Assembly (NCBI RefSeq): GCF_009914755.1
Contig: NC_060929.1
Length of the DNA: 64,000 bases
Source of the DNA: the human T2T-CHM13v2.0 reference genome, Homo sapiens
Strand: one strand, 5' to 3'
The translations under genes were made by a program, and so were the position numbers. Under the pieces are notes generated by a model. The model made no database searches and was not told where the DNA came from. It worked only from the letters and a program-made list of their open reading frames with translations. Shown piece after piece: positions 31,869 to 44,992 of the stretch (position 1 is the stretch's first letter; each line of letters begins with the position of its first letter).

Positions 31869-33834
31869 GCATTTTTAAATCTGACTCTCATTCGCCAATG
31901 GGTATAAGAAAAGCATGTACCTCACAGGGTAACTGTGAGCATTTAAAGAGGTAATGCATCTCAAGGGCTGCCTGACATAGAGTAAGCACTCAATAAAAGG
32001 TAAGCATTATTGTGATGGAAATCTAAAGAAAGAAAACAGTTCCCTGAGGAGGAGTTTTAGAAGGCTTCGTGGAGGAGGTGGCAGTTTAACTAGACACGGA
32101 AGGATGAACAAGATTTCCACCGACCTAGAGAAGGGGGTTTTATGGGTAGAAGGAGCTGCGTGGTCAACAGCACAAGAAGGAAAACACAAAGCCTGCAACA
32201 GGCTAAGCGAAGCTCAGGGCAGGGCAGGGCAGGGCACGGCAGGAGACAGAACGTTTGATCAGCCCTAGCAGGTCATAGGAGAGGAGCATGATGGACTCTA
32301 GAGCCGAGGTGATGGAAGCCTTGAAGGTTTTGCTGCAGAAATCAAGAACTGAGCTGTGATGTCAGAAAACTGAATCCCCATCGCTCAGCCTGGAGCTGGA
32401 AGAACTTGGAGGCAAGAGTTGCCAGAACGCTGGTCAAGGACTAGTGGCGGCTAGGCACGAAGGTCAGCGGCTGAGCTAGAGAAGCAGAGAATCAAGAGGA
32501 CGAATGTGGGGGTGGCAGAGAGTAAGGTAGCCAAGGGGGTGCTCCGTTCCACCGCATCAGGGAGGAGGCAGCTAAGTGACCAGCGTCGAGCGCCCCGAGG
32601 AGGAGCCGCTGGCTGGCATCACCGTCGGAGTCCGGCTCCACGGCCCTCCGCATCGCCCAGAAGCCCGACTCCTCTGTCAAAGCCCTCGCCACAGTTACAG
32701 ACACATTGCCTGGTCTAGTGAAATTACGTGTTTCATGTTTCAGCTCCCAGACGTCAGGGCTCAGGTCTGTTTTCATTTCATCCCAGAGCCTGGCACAGTG
32801 TTTGGCACATAGTGGCGCTCGCCAACGGTTTGCTGAGAGCTTTCCGGGAAGGGCTCAGTGCGCTTAGGATCCAAAAGCACGCGTGAGAATGCAGGGCATT
32901 CTAACTCCAAGGGGGTTGGACTTGCGTGAGGAAAGGTGCTGCAGAGAGGCTACCGTCACTTACCCACCCGCCGGTTTGCAGGATCTACAGACGGGCGGCG
33001 GCCGGGCACAGCTCCCTACAGTTTGCAGAGGGCGTTCACACCTAACGCCAGGGGCCCCCTAGAGGAAGAAAACCAGGGCCCGCCCGCGGAACAGTGAGCG
33101 TGCAGCACGGCTGTGGCCCCGTTTCATGGCCGGGAACACCGAGTCGCCGGGGTCAAAGTAGGTCCGCAGGTCCTGGGGGCCGAGCCTAGGTGGGCTGGAA
33201 GTGACAGCCCCGGGGGCTCCAGGCTCAGAACGCCCGGCGGGGCCCCAGCACTATTTGCATATCCCCAGGGAGGCAGCAAACGTTCGGCTGCAGTCCCGGG
33301 CGGAGGTTGCCGGGCGGGGCGGCAGGGTACCCGGGCAAGCGGACATGCACCCCACCCAGCGGTGCCCAGCCCGCACCAGTTAGCGCCCAACTCGCCAACT
33401 CCGGGACTTTCGCAAAGCTCCAGAGGGCGGGGGAGCCGCCGAGGAGTGGGACGGACCATCGCGGCTCGAGAGGGGGGAAGCGCTCCGGCCCGGCACCCTG
33501 CAGCGCCCGGGCGGGCCGAGACGCTCCGTGAGAGGGCCGAGCCTGCAGCGCAGAGACTCGGCGGTCGACGCGGGGGCAGGCGGCGCGGGGCGGGCGGCTC
33601 GGCGGGGCCCGGGGGCGGTGGCGGCGGCGACGACCCCCTCGTGGCGGCGGCGTGGTGGCGGCGCCCAGCTCCCCGGCCGGCGAGCGGCGGAAGTGCCGCG
33701 GAGTTGGAGCGGGGCCGGCGCCGCAGCCGCTTCTGCTGGCTGAGCTGCTGCCGCCGCCGGGCGGACGGGCGGACGCGCGGAGCTGGGGGCGGCGCGGCGG
33801 GGCCGGCGGGGCGCGGCGGGGCTGACCGGCCCCG

Positions 33835-33993
33835 ATGAGGCGGAAGGAGAAGCGGCTCCTGCAGGCGGTGGCGCTGGTGCTGGCGGCCCTGGTCCTCCTG
33901 CCCAACGTGGGGCTTTGGGCGCTGTACCGCGAGCGGCAGCCCGACGGCACCCCTGGGGGATCGGGGGCGGCGGTGGCGCCGGCGGCGGGACAG
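33835..33993 (+). CDS. GALNT10: GALNT10 coding exon 1: cytoplasmic tail, type II signal-anchor TM helix and start of stem (53 codons, phase-0 donor)
   Basis: ATG at 33835 gives MRRKEKRLLQAVALVLAALVLLPNVGLWALYRERQPDGTPGGSGAAVAPAAGQ, which I recognise as the GalNAc-T10 N-terminus. Basic tail plus hydrophobic helix. In-frame TGA at 33823-33825 upstream. Canonical donor CAG|GTGAGT after 33993. Located in a CpG island. Confidence 0.95.
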
Positions 33994-33999
33994 GTGAGT
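33991..33999 (+). other. GALNT10: 5' splice donor of GALNT10 exon 1 (CAG|GTGAGT)
   Basis: Near-perfect U1 consensus, placed where the GC-rich coding sequence gives way to pyrimidine-rich intron. Confidence 0.93.
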
Positions 34000-36900
34000 C
34001 CCCCCGTTGCTACAGGCCGGGAACACCCCCTTCCCGAATTCACTTTTAGCCTGTGGTTCCTTCCTCCACCTTCTGCTGTCTGCCTCCTCAGAGTCAGCTC
34101 CGAGACTCTTCAGCTCTTCCCATTTTCCGGATGGGAAAATTAAGTCCTGTCGGGACTTGTCCAGGGTCCCACGCCAGTCAGAGACTGAGTCCGAACTAGC
34201 ACTCAGGACGCTATTTCTCACCACATGTTACCACCTTCCTTTCTGTCCCCGTCTGGTATTCCTTGACGTCTTCCAGCGGATCTCTTTTGAAGGATCCTAT
34301 CTGCATCCCTGTATCCCAGGATGACTCCTGCCTTGTGCCAATAGGAATGAAGATTCTGGTTCTTCTATTTGGTGTCCAGGTCCTCTCTGCTTCCCTCCTC
34401 CCACCCCCCCCACAACCCCTACCTGCTGATCCCAGTGTTCTTTGCTCAGGTCAGCCCTTTTCCTGATTTCTCATCTGCCCAACGAGACACCCGGGCCTTC
34501 CTCCTCTCCCCATTTATTCAACACCCCCGCCCCAACTCTAGCCTTTTCCTTTCTCAGATCCTGTGGATTCCTTGCAGAATGTAAAGATCATGCTCCCTTT
34601 AAAGCTTCAAGCCCCTGGGGGTGGAGAAGGGGGTAAGCTCCTGGTCCTTGAGGGACCTGCTGCCTTTGACCTTATGGGAGTCCAGAGGTGGGGCTCTGGT
34701 GGGGGGACCCCCAAAATGTCCCAGAGGCTATTGGTGCCCAGTGTCCTGAGGATGGAACACCAGAAGCCTTCCCTATCTCTTCTGAACTTGTCTAGTCTGG
34801 TTAGTTGTAGTGTTTATTGCAGCCAAAACTGGGATCGGAATGGTTTCTGCCTCCTTTGAACTTACCCACGTATGTTTGTGTGTATGTGTGCGTGCACGCA
34901 TTTAGACTAGCAGCTCCCTCATAGCAGAAGCTCTGTCACATCACTCCCACCCTCCCAGGAGGTGCTAGTGAGTGTATTGCTTAGACTGTTTCATATAGTG
35001 GAACATTTCAGGCTTTCTTACGGGATTTCTCTGGTCCCATGAGAAGTGGATAATTTGTGTATCAGGGTCAGACTTGACTGACTGTTGGCTGGCCTCGACG
35101 AAAGAGGCTGGCTTTTCTGAGATTGATGGTTTTCCTTATTCTTCCCAGTATCAGGCTGCTGTCTAGGCAGTCTGGCATCTGGAGCACAGAGGGCTCTTTG
35201 CTACAGAGCTGACCAATTTGAGCTCCGCCTGTAACTCTGTTAATTGCTGCAAAGCATCCCAGAGGGTCTCATTGATCTTTCTGGTAGAGCTTACTGTTTA
35301 GAAACTAAGGTTTCCATCTCTTTCCTAAACCCCTGGTTCAAACCCTGACAGCTAGCTTAGACCTCTCTCCCTGAAATTCTGTATCTGTATGGATTTTCCG
35401 TTCATGAAATCTCTTTCCTCTGTTCCTATTCAGTACCAGCATCAGAGTCAGGAGTTCCAGGGTTCTGACCTCAGCTCTACCACTAACTTACTGTGTGTGT
35501 CCTTGATCACCTTTCATCTCCTTTTCTGAGCCTTACTTTCTTGGTCTGTAAACCATGATTATTGGTCCAGTTCTAACATTCTGTGATACTATCAGTTAAT
35601 CAATGAGGAATACAACGGTCCCTTCTTTTTTTCTGTCTTGAGTCCAGAGTTCCTTGTAGCATCCCTAGCTGTGGAGGCTCCATACTGGACACAGCTCCAG
35701 GTCAAGGGGGAGTGTCCTACCCTAGTGCAAACTCTCCTTTAGAATAGCTGTAGCCCATTCTAAAATAGTGCTTGACATTCTGCCTCTGCTTGGAGAAAGA
35801 CCTCGTATTTCATTTGCAATAGATGCCAAAGACATCCTGATTTTCATTTCTGTAGACCCAGATGGGTAGAGAAGGTCAAGGTTAACTGCCAGTTTGGCCT
35901 GAGCTTTCAAAGTAAATTACTCACTTGTGCAAGAGGGTATTGATAGAGTAAGGCAGACTTTTGGGCAGGGAGAGAGAGGGGAGCAACAGCTGGGTGCTGC
36001 TCAGAGCCCCTAACTGAAATGGATAGACAGGCTCATCTGGGAAGATCTAGTTTTTGTTCATTTCTTTTTCTCTGGAATAGCATGAAGAGGAGGAGGAAGA
36101 AGTGGTGAAGGGGGTTTGGGGGTTTGGGGGGAATACCAACTGATTATTCTTGCTTTAAAGAAAATCTCTTTGCTTCATGGGAGCAGCAGAATGGAGCTGT
36201 TTCCCCAATGATAAGCTCTTCTAGGTGCTACAGGATTCAGCATTCATCTGCTGCCTTTCAAGAACGCCCTGCCAAATTTCCACACAGCCCCTTTTTGTTT
36301 CACTCTCCCACAGATGCAGAGCACTGGGCTTGGCCCCCAGTCCGTTGTTTGAATGTCAGCTGGCCTTGAGGAAAGAGGCTGACTTCTCAGAGTGATGGTG
36401 TTCCATCCCTCATCCCAGTGTACTGGAACATACATGTAACATGCCAGGCTGCTATCTGGGAAATCTGGCATCTTGAGCATACAGAGCTTTTTCGACAGGG
36501 CTGACCAGTTCTGAGCTCAGCCTGTCATTCTTGTAATTGTTGAGAATCATCTTTGAGCATCTCGTTGATCCTTCTGGTAGAAATAACTGCAGAGGCTCTG
36601 GAGGGAAGTCTGACAGGACTTTATCCAAATGAAAAATGTGTTCCATATGGGTTTGAAAGAAGATTCTTTGAGAGTAACATATCCACTACTTGAGTAGTCC
36701 TCTAACTCCTTGATTTCTCCACTGGATTAAAGAACGGAGTTTCAAATTTATAGTGTTTATCATCTGCTAGAATGAAAGTCTACATAACTCATGCCAGCTC
36801 ATCCTGGGAGTACCTCTGGAGCTGGGTGGGATAGCTGATTTATAAAGGACACATAATGCTTCTAGGATTTCAGCAGTCATCTGGTCAGACAGTTGGCTTC

Positions 36901-38876
36901 TTGGGAAGCTGCAAAACCAAGCAAGAAATGCCAGCCTTGAAGACATCTTCCTTTTAATTTGTGGGTCCCTCTCATTCCAAGACCCAATCTGTTTAACATC
37001 TTGGTTTAATTCAACAGTCTGTTTCATATTCCAGGTTTGGGACAGGTTATTAAAAGCTCAAGTTAGAAACTCAGTGCAGTCTCTCCTCATTTCTGAGCCA
37101 TAATCTCTTGTTGAAAAATGACTTCACTGGATAAATAGCATATGTGGAATAGAAATTGGTGGAATAATGGAATACCGGTGACTTTAATTTTCAAGTATCA
37201 GGATTTCTTTCTCATTGTGTTAGAGCTGAACTTTATTCTTAGAACATCCAGAAATCAATGTTTTTTTTCTCTTTTTTCAGTCTTCCTGGTGGCAGAAGCC
37301 TTGCCCATCAGAAAGTTAAGTATAGAAATGTAGCCTTGGAACGATTTCCTTAATTTTCCACAGAAGGGCTAGTATCCTTTAGCTTGCTAATCACTCCTCT
37401 GTCTGCATGCCCAGGTGAAATCTGATGCCACTAGGGAAGGGTTGTTGATTTGCCAGAACAAATCCGGCTCCCTACATTCTTTCTGTCATTCTTGGCTTGC
37501 TGTCTACCAAGGAGTCCAGCTGAGGAAGGCCTGGGAACAGAGACCTGGCTTTTAGTCCTTTCTCCTGCCCTAAACTCACTGTGTGTCCTCAGGAAAGAGG
37601 TTTAACCTCTCTGGGCCTTGGATTCCTCATCTGCTAAGTGAGGCTTAGATTCAGAAGGGAAAAGGCAAATGCATATTGTAACGATGCTTCCCCTCCCATG
37701 GCCAGGGCAGACATTGCTAATCAACCTTTTCATTACTAATACCAGACTTGGGCTCAGACTGTTTCTCAGCAGGGCTACTCAAGTAGAGTTAACGACATAT
37801 GGAAACTCATTAGCAATGTAGGGAATAGATACTGTGTTAGGGCTTTTCCAACTCTTACATCCTGAGGTTCTGTGAGTATGCTTGGAAACACATCTGAATA
37901 GTGATAGTATATTTAAACAGGCCTCTGTATCTAACTTGTAATGAGGCCACAACTTAAGGGTATGTTCATATTTGAATGTCTTTTCTCAGGCTGTAGTCTA
38001 AGGATGTTCAGCCTTTGATCTGTTGGTTCCAGTGACACGGTAACAGATAACGGAATCAGGAATGAAAAGCAAAAGCCCATTTAAAAGATAACCATCTAGC
38101 TTGCTAATTGTACCTTGTCCACAGTCAGCTCTTACACAGAGATGGCATCAGGATCTCCTCACTGAATCAAAAGCACCTTGAGGCAAACCTGGCAGCTACA
38201 AGTAAGCCCCATGGCAGCTAAATGCTCCTGACGGTGTTTGCAGAGGTTTCGTGTTTTACATATATCTGACCCTCTGCATCCCATATATGTGTCAGAACTG
38301 GTAAGGGAAGGCCTTGAATAAGAGTCTTGTTTCTCCAGAGAACCTTTCTCCTCATGCGCAGTGGAGTGGGGAAAGGAGGTAGCGCATATACACCTGAATT
38401 CCCGCAGCAAGAAGTGTATCATGGCCTCCCTGCTGGAAATGTCTTAAGGTAGGAACACATCCTCCTCTAGCACAAAGCACAAGATTTGGCTCTTGGAAGA
38501 CAGGATGTGTTTGCTGAATGATTGAAATATATCAGAGCAGGCAGGGGGCTGCAGAAGTCATCTAGTCCAATCTCCTCAATTTGTAGGTATGAAAACTGAG
38601 GCGGAGAAAAAGGGAAACAAATTAAACAAGTTCCCATAGGGAGGAACGCAGATCAGAATCCATTCTCCAAGTTCTTGTTCTATTTCACCATGAGAAATTT
38701 TTTCCCTCCATATACTAATATTTGATCCTTCTCTACCATTATTTCTTTTAGGAGCCAAGATTATCACCCCAAATTTTGGAGGCCACTGCTTAATGAGACC
38801 AATTATCTGCTGGAACCTATCTGGCTATTTTTTTGTAGATCTATTTTTGTACATTTTCTTTCCAACATTTTATAGT

Positions 38877-39220
<344 letters not shown>

Positions 39221-39344
39221 TAAAATTTAAGGTGGCAAAGGGACAAGAGTAGAGGAATTAAAGGCTGGGAAGTACATGGCACCATTACTGCTATCCCTGA
39301 CAGACAGAGAGAACTTGAGCCTAAGAACCACCTCAGATTCTCTA

Positions 39345-39770
39345 TCAGTTGCAAGTAACAAAACAAATTGAGCCATGTGGGCTGAAATGAGTAAGGGAAT
39401 ATATTGGCTCCTGTGACTGTAGTTGGCTTCAGGTATGGTGTGATCTAGAGGTTTGTGGCATTGTCAGGGCTCGGTCTCCTTTCCTCTGGTTTCTGTTGGT
39501 TCTGACTTTCTCTGTGTGTTGGCTTTGTTCTGTTTTGAGGCTCCATGGCAGCAAAAAATGGTAATAGCTCTTTCAGACCTCAGATCCACACCTAGATCCT
39601 AGAGGAGAGGGTCTGTCTCCTCTGGTAGCTTCTACAAAAGACAGAGAACATCTTTTCTATAAGCTCTAGCAAGATCTTAGGTCTTACCGGTCTACTTTGG
39701 ATCTAATGTGCTGTCTGAACCATTCGCAGATTTCAGGAGGAGAAGCTGTATTGATTGACTTAACGTACCC
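39345..39770 (-). mobile_element. MaLR LTR (MLT1K-like)
   Basis: GTTGCAAGTAACAAAA...GGCTTCAGGTATGG blocks. Confidence 0.55.
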
Positions 39771-42700
39771 TAGAGCTAGGAGTGGAGTCAGGTTACCCAG
39801 ATCTAAGAAGAGCAGTTCCCCAGAGAAGACTCTGGGTGCTGCTTTTGGGAAGAGGAGAAAGATATCTAGAGAAGAAGCCCACAAATATCCACTCCAGAGT
39901 CCTGCTGACACAGTGTTCCAGGCAGTAATCACTCCTTGGGGATGAGATTTGGTCCTGGAGAGAAAACCCCTTTGCCACCCTGGACCCATTTTTGGGCACC
40001 GAACCTGCAGTCTGGAGGTCTGTGTTCTCATTCCAGCACTGCCACCCCTTGGCTGAGATGATTAGCTGTGTGGACCTCAGTTTGTTGCTGAGGACGGCTT
40101 GGGTGCAAATGCTTGCCAACACACAGTGGAGGGTGGAGATAAAGAGCAATTGAAAGCTGTCTTTATTGAATCTTACTTACCCGTTCTGCCGCTGCCTTCC
40201 TTTCCCCTCACAGACGTCCCGAGAACTGTCTCCCCTGCCCCCATACACACTAAAAGTCAATTCATTGAAAATTTCTCTCAAGCTGAAAAAGAACTTCTGT
40301 CTCTGCAGCTTCCACGTTTTTTCTGCCTGGCCCTCTTAGCTGGAGGAGGTGGAGTGTTCATACTTTGGAAGCTAGAGGAAGCTAAACAATTCTGCTTGCT
40401 GTGGTGGGTGGGTGTGTATTTATGCGTGTGTAGCTTTCTCTCCATGTGTCTCTCTTCTCTCCCTCTTATCTTTGAATGGTTCCTGTTTGCTGCCCTCTGC
40501 TGAGTGTAGATAGGAGAGAAAAGAAAAAAGCAGGCCTATTTTTTTCCTTCCCTATGGCTTTAAGAGAATGCTGAGCTTCAGATGTTAAATTGTCTTCAGT
40601 TTTCTCAGGTGATGAAAGCCACAGCATAAAATGATACTGATCCAAAGAATGATGATGATATGGCTGATAATGAGGTTGATAATGTTAATAGTAGTAATAG
40701 CAGTTACCATTTATTTAGCACTTACTCTGCTAGGTCCTTTACCTGTACATCTGTTAAATATTGTTGTAACCAGGTAGGAAAGAAGGAGGGAACTGAAGCT
40801 CGAAGAGGGGCAGGTGCTTGCCCAAGGATGCACAGCCTGTAGTGGTGGAGCTGGTATTTGAACTCTGACCTAGTGCTGAGTCCTTAACCACCATACTTCC
40901 TCCATATCTGAGCAGGACAAAGGATCTGTCTTCCACCCCTGCCCGTTAAGCCCTTCCTGCAAGCCTGGACATCTGAGCAGGTGAGAGGGACCATTGCCCT
41001 AAGACAGCCTCTTCAGTAGCTGAAGTGGAGCACATAAGGTCATGTGGTGGTGGTGTGTGCTGGAAGAGAAACCTCTACCTCAGCCTCCTCCTGTCTCCGT
41101 TCCTCTTGGTTTGAGGCATGTGGGGCTGCGTATAGTGCTCTAGCTTTGGAGCTACACTGCCTGATTCAAAACCCGAGGCTTGGGCAAGCTTGACCTGTGT
41201 GCCTGGAATTCTTGGTCTGTAAAATGGTAGTAATGTTAACTGTGGCAGAGAGTTCTCTTGAGGGTTCAGTGAGTCACTGTGGGTAAAACCCCAAACACAA
41301 TGCTTGGTACAGAACAAGTGCTCGGTAAACATGGTGATGCCGCTGCCTTTGTGAAGTGCCTCGCCTATGGCAGGGACTCAATTCTCTGTGGCTTCCCTTT
41401 GGCGGAGGTAGGGAGGGCTGCATAACATTGTCTTTGTCTAGAAGGTGAGCAATTCGAAGATAAGTGGTTGGCTTAACAGCACAGGGTTCAGAAGAACTGG
41501 AAGAAGCCAGGTGGGTGCAGTCTCTGATTATTGGAGGTGGGAAGGAAATTGTGCATGCAGAGGCTGCTCTTGGTACCCCTCTTCCTGAAACTTCGGAATG
41601 CGAAGCAATTGTTGGGGATGCCTTCTCAACTCCCACCCTGGGACAACCCAGACCCTCTGTATCCTTCTAGATTCAGCTCATAGCCTGCTGCCTCCAGGAA
41701 GTGTTCTTTGGTTACTCCAGCCCCCAGGGGTCACTCAAGGGTCTTAGCTCCTCTGAGCCTTGATTTTCTCATCTGCCTACTTAGATCAGAGGCCCTCTAG
41801 AAGATTTCTAACATCCTTCTTCCCTGCAGCCTTGCCCCTAGACCTGACTAACTCCTGCCAGGGCAGCCTAGGTTAGCATTCTTCCCAACCAGGGCCCGGA
41901 GACCTGTATATAAATCTGTCACGCAATGCTGTAATTGTTTTTAATCTGTCCAGACTGTCTGCTTCCTAAAGGCAGGAACTAACCTCTCTCTTGGTCACTC
42001 TTGTTTGCCTAAAATATTTGCTGAATGGCTGAGGGGGTGAGTGAGTAAGTGAATCATATGGTTGGTACTCAGTAACTGCTGGCTGCATGCTGGAAGCTTA
42101 GCCTTAGGAATGGTTCTTCTTGAACTTCAGGGTGCTTCACAATCCCTAGGGAGCCTGTTAAGGATGGTGACACCAGGATCCATGCCCAAAGAGCATGAAG
42201 GGGCTGGTTTGGGCTTGGCCAAGGATCACATATTTAACAAATCCTACTGAGGGTCCAACAGGGAACTCCTCTCCACCCACCTGACAGGAGACAGACCTCT
42301 CTTTCCCCAGGGACCCACTCCATTCTCCCCAGGAGTGCTTCAGGACCCGCCCTTGAACTTCTGTTCCTGGGAAGTGTGTTTATCTGCAGCTTCCCAAGTT
42401 GTCAATCAGCACCCACAGGGGAGCTCTGTGGTACTTTTAGCAGTGGCACTGTATCTGATGCAAGCAGATCAGGCTCCAGTTCAGGACAGGGATGGGAGGT
42501 GCACTTTGGAATCCCTCTCCTGTGGGCTGCGAGGATTGGCTGGGGCGGTAGAGCTTTATTTTCCTTTGATGCCCACAGTCTGCTGCTCTTCCAGGATGCG
42601 TGCTCTGCCTTCCTGCCATGGGCAAGGATGAGGTAGGTGCCTCTACGTGGGTGTTGGGCTGAACTAGGGGGTCTCTTGGGAAGGGTTAGTATTGTGGAGA

Positions 42701-44612
42701 CCCTGTAAACCTCTCCCTTGTACTGGAGAGAGCAGAGGAGAGAGTGTGGAGTTGGGAACCAATGTGACCTGATCCTCAGGCCCAGCTCTGCCACTTGCTG
42801 GCTCTGTGCCTGACCTCTGGGGCTTCCTGCTCCTTCTCCTAAAATGAGCAAAGTCATCACTACTTCCTAGTGTCATGGTGATGATTAGATGAAATTAAAT
42901 AACAGTTGTGAGGATTGAGGTACAGAGAGGTCAGGTAACATATCCAGGGCCACGCAGCTAGGAAGTGATGGAAACAGGATTCCAATCCAGCTGGGATGCT
43001 TCCTTCCGGTATCTGCGCCAGCCACTGACTGGATGGTCTGGGGCGAGTCTGTGGGTCTGCCCCTGCTCACAGGGACTTGCGGAGGCCTCAGTGGGAGGTT
43101 ATCACTGAGACCCCCATGAGCCTGGTTCTTGTTGTTGGCTCCAGAAAGCTCTTTCAGCTGAATACCCAGGCAGCCGTGCCAGGGCAGGGATTATAGCAAG
43201 TCCCATGTGCCGCCTGGATGCTGCACTCGGGCAGCCTCTCACGAGCCCAGTTCGCCAGGGTTCTGTGTGTGTGTGTTTGTGTAGGTCTCCCTTGTGAGTT
43301 ACAAATGTCAGCCTCCTCTGAGAGGCGGGCTGCTGAGCAGAGGGGCCGACAGGGGCTCCTGGAGGGAAGGGGGTTTCTTCGAGGGAACAGGTTGGAAACA
43401 TCTGGCAGGGGTGTGTGTGTGAAAATTACGTCCTGCTGCTAAAGCACATTGTATGTTCTCAACTGAAAACTGTTATTTTTTGCATGTTTCCTCCTGAGTA
43501 TTGATCAGAGTCAGCTGCTGAGAGTTAAAATGTGTATGTGTGTGTGTGTGCCTATTTGTGAAATAACCAGTTTCTAAATTTGGTACCTAACTTCAGTGAA
43601 AAGTTAGTAATTCTGTTCTTGGAGAGCCAGGATCTGTCATTTGGATTTGTGGTTATTTTATTAATAATAAACTTTAATGGCTATTTCATTCAGAGAGCTT
43701 CTTTTATTAATTTCTTTGACCTTTATGTATTTTTAATCACCTTACCTGTATACTTTAATGGAAGTTGCAAACTGGTGGCCTGTGGGCCAGATGCAGCCCA
43801 GAGATACGTTTTGTGTGCCTTGAACAGTGATGGCCCATAGATAGTTGGGTTTTTTAATTTTTAAATGTTCATATGTTACCAGTACCTAACCATGAGAATA
43901 TTTCCTATTTTAAAACAATTCTATACTAATTTCTGTTTTTTTTGTTTTTGTTTTTGTTTTTTTGTTTTTTAATCAAAGTTCAGCTGCTGAGTTCAGGTTC
44001 AAGTTTTGTAAGAATTTGCTGGATGTGGGAACAGCTGTCTCCTCTAGACAGACCCTAGCTCTCCAGTTGGCCACCACCCCTGCTGCACTTAGTGGTCTCA
44101 AACCTGGGCACTTCACCCTTTCACACAACTGGCCAGGCTGCAGGAGACATTCGACTTTGGGAGCCCTCCTTTATGATATGCAAATTCCCATAGGCTTTTC
44201 CCAGTTCTGCCTCCACCAGTATCACGGTGGAGGCAGGGCAGGGCTTACGGTCCCCACTTCACAGATGCAAAAACTGAGGTTCAAAGAGCATAAGTGACAC
44301 GACTAGTCCCAAAGCCAATAAGTTGATGCTAATCCTTCTGTCTCTAAGACTAATGTACTTTTCAGAGAAAAAAAAATAATTACTTGGAAGTGTAAGTATA
44401 TAAACCTTAGGCTCTGACAGACTCACTTATGTTTATATTTAGATGATTCTTGCTCTATCTCAGCTCAAGAAACCATTTGCCTTGCTTCTGTCCATTTCTA
44501 GGTATCTGAATTTCAGGTCTACCCTGTCTAATAAAGTTTTGTTGTTGTTGTTGTTGTTGTTTTTAGCCATGTCAGGGGCTGCTCTAGATTTGTTAGAAAT
44601 GATGTAGGTACA

Positions 44613-44992
<380 letters not shown>

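Larger units (their letters stand above)
32950..34030. promoter_or_regulatory. GALNT10: CpG island / GALNT10 promoter and 5'UTR (CpG-rich shoulder from ~32430)
   Basis: Very high GC and CpG density. GC boxes GGGCGGGG (~33312, ~33425), ETS motif GCGGAAGTG at 33687-33695, octamer ATTTGCAT at 33253-33260. No TATA box seen. Confidence 0.9.

Noticed and set aside
33994-34143. Read-through of the GALNT10 ORF to 102 aa
   Set aside because: Sequence after the consensus donor is intronic, and there is no nearby poly(A) signal to support a truncated isoform
33113-34224. Long overlapping ORFs (241, 272 and 366 aa) across the promoter
   Set aside because: Low-complexity R/G/P/A products expected from stop-codon depletion in a CpG island; mostly non-ATG starts; no recognisable domain
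40591-40615. Possible recursive splice site TTTTCTCAG|GTGATG
   Set aside because: The reconstituted donor is weak, and such matches are expected by chance in 30 kb
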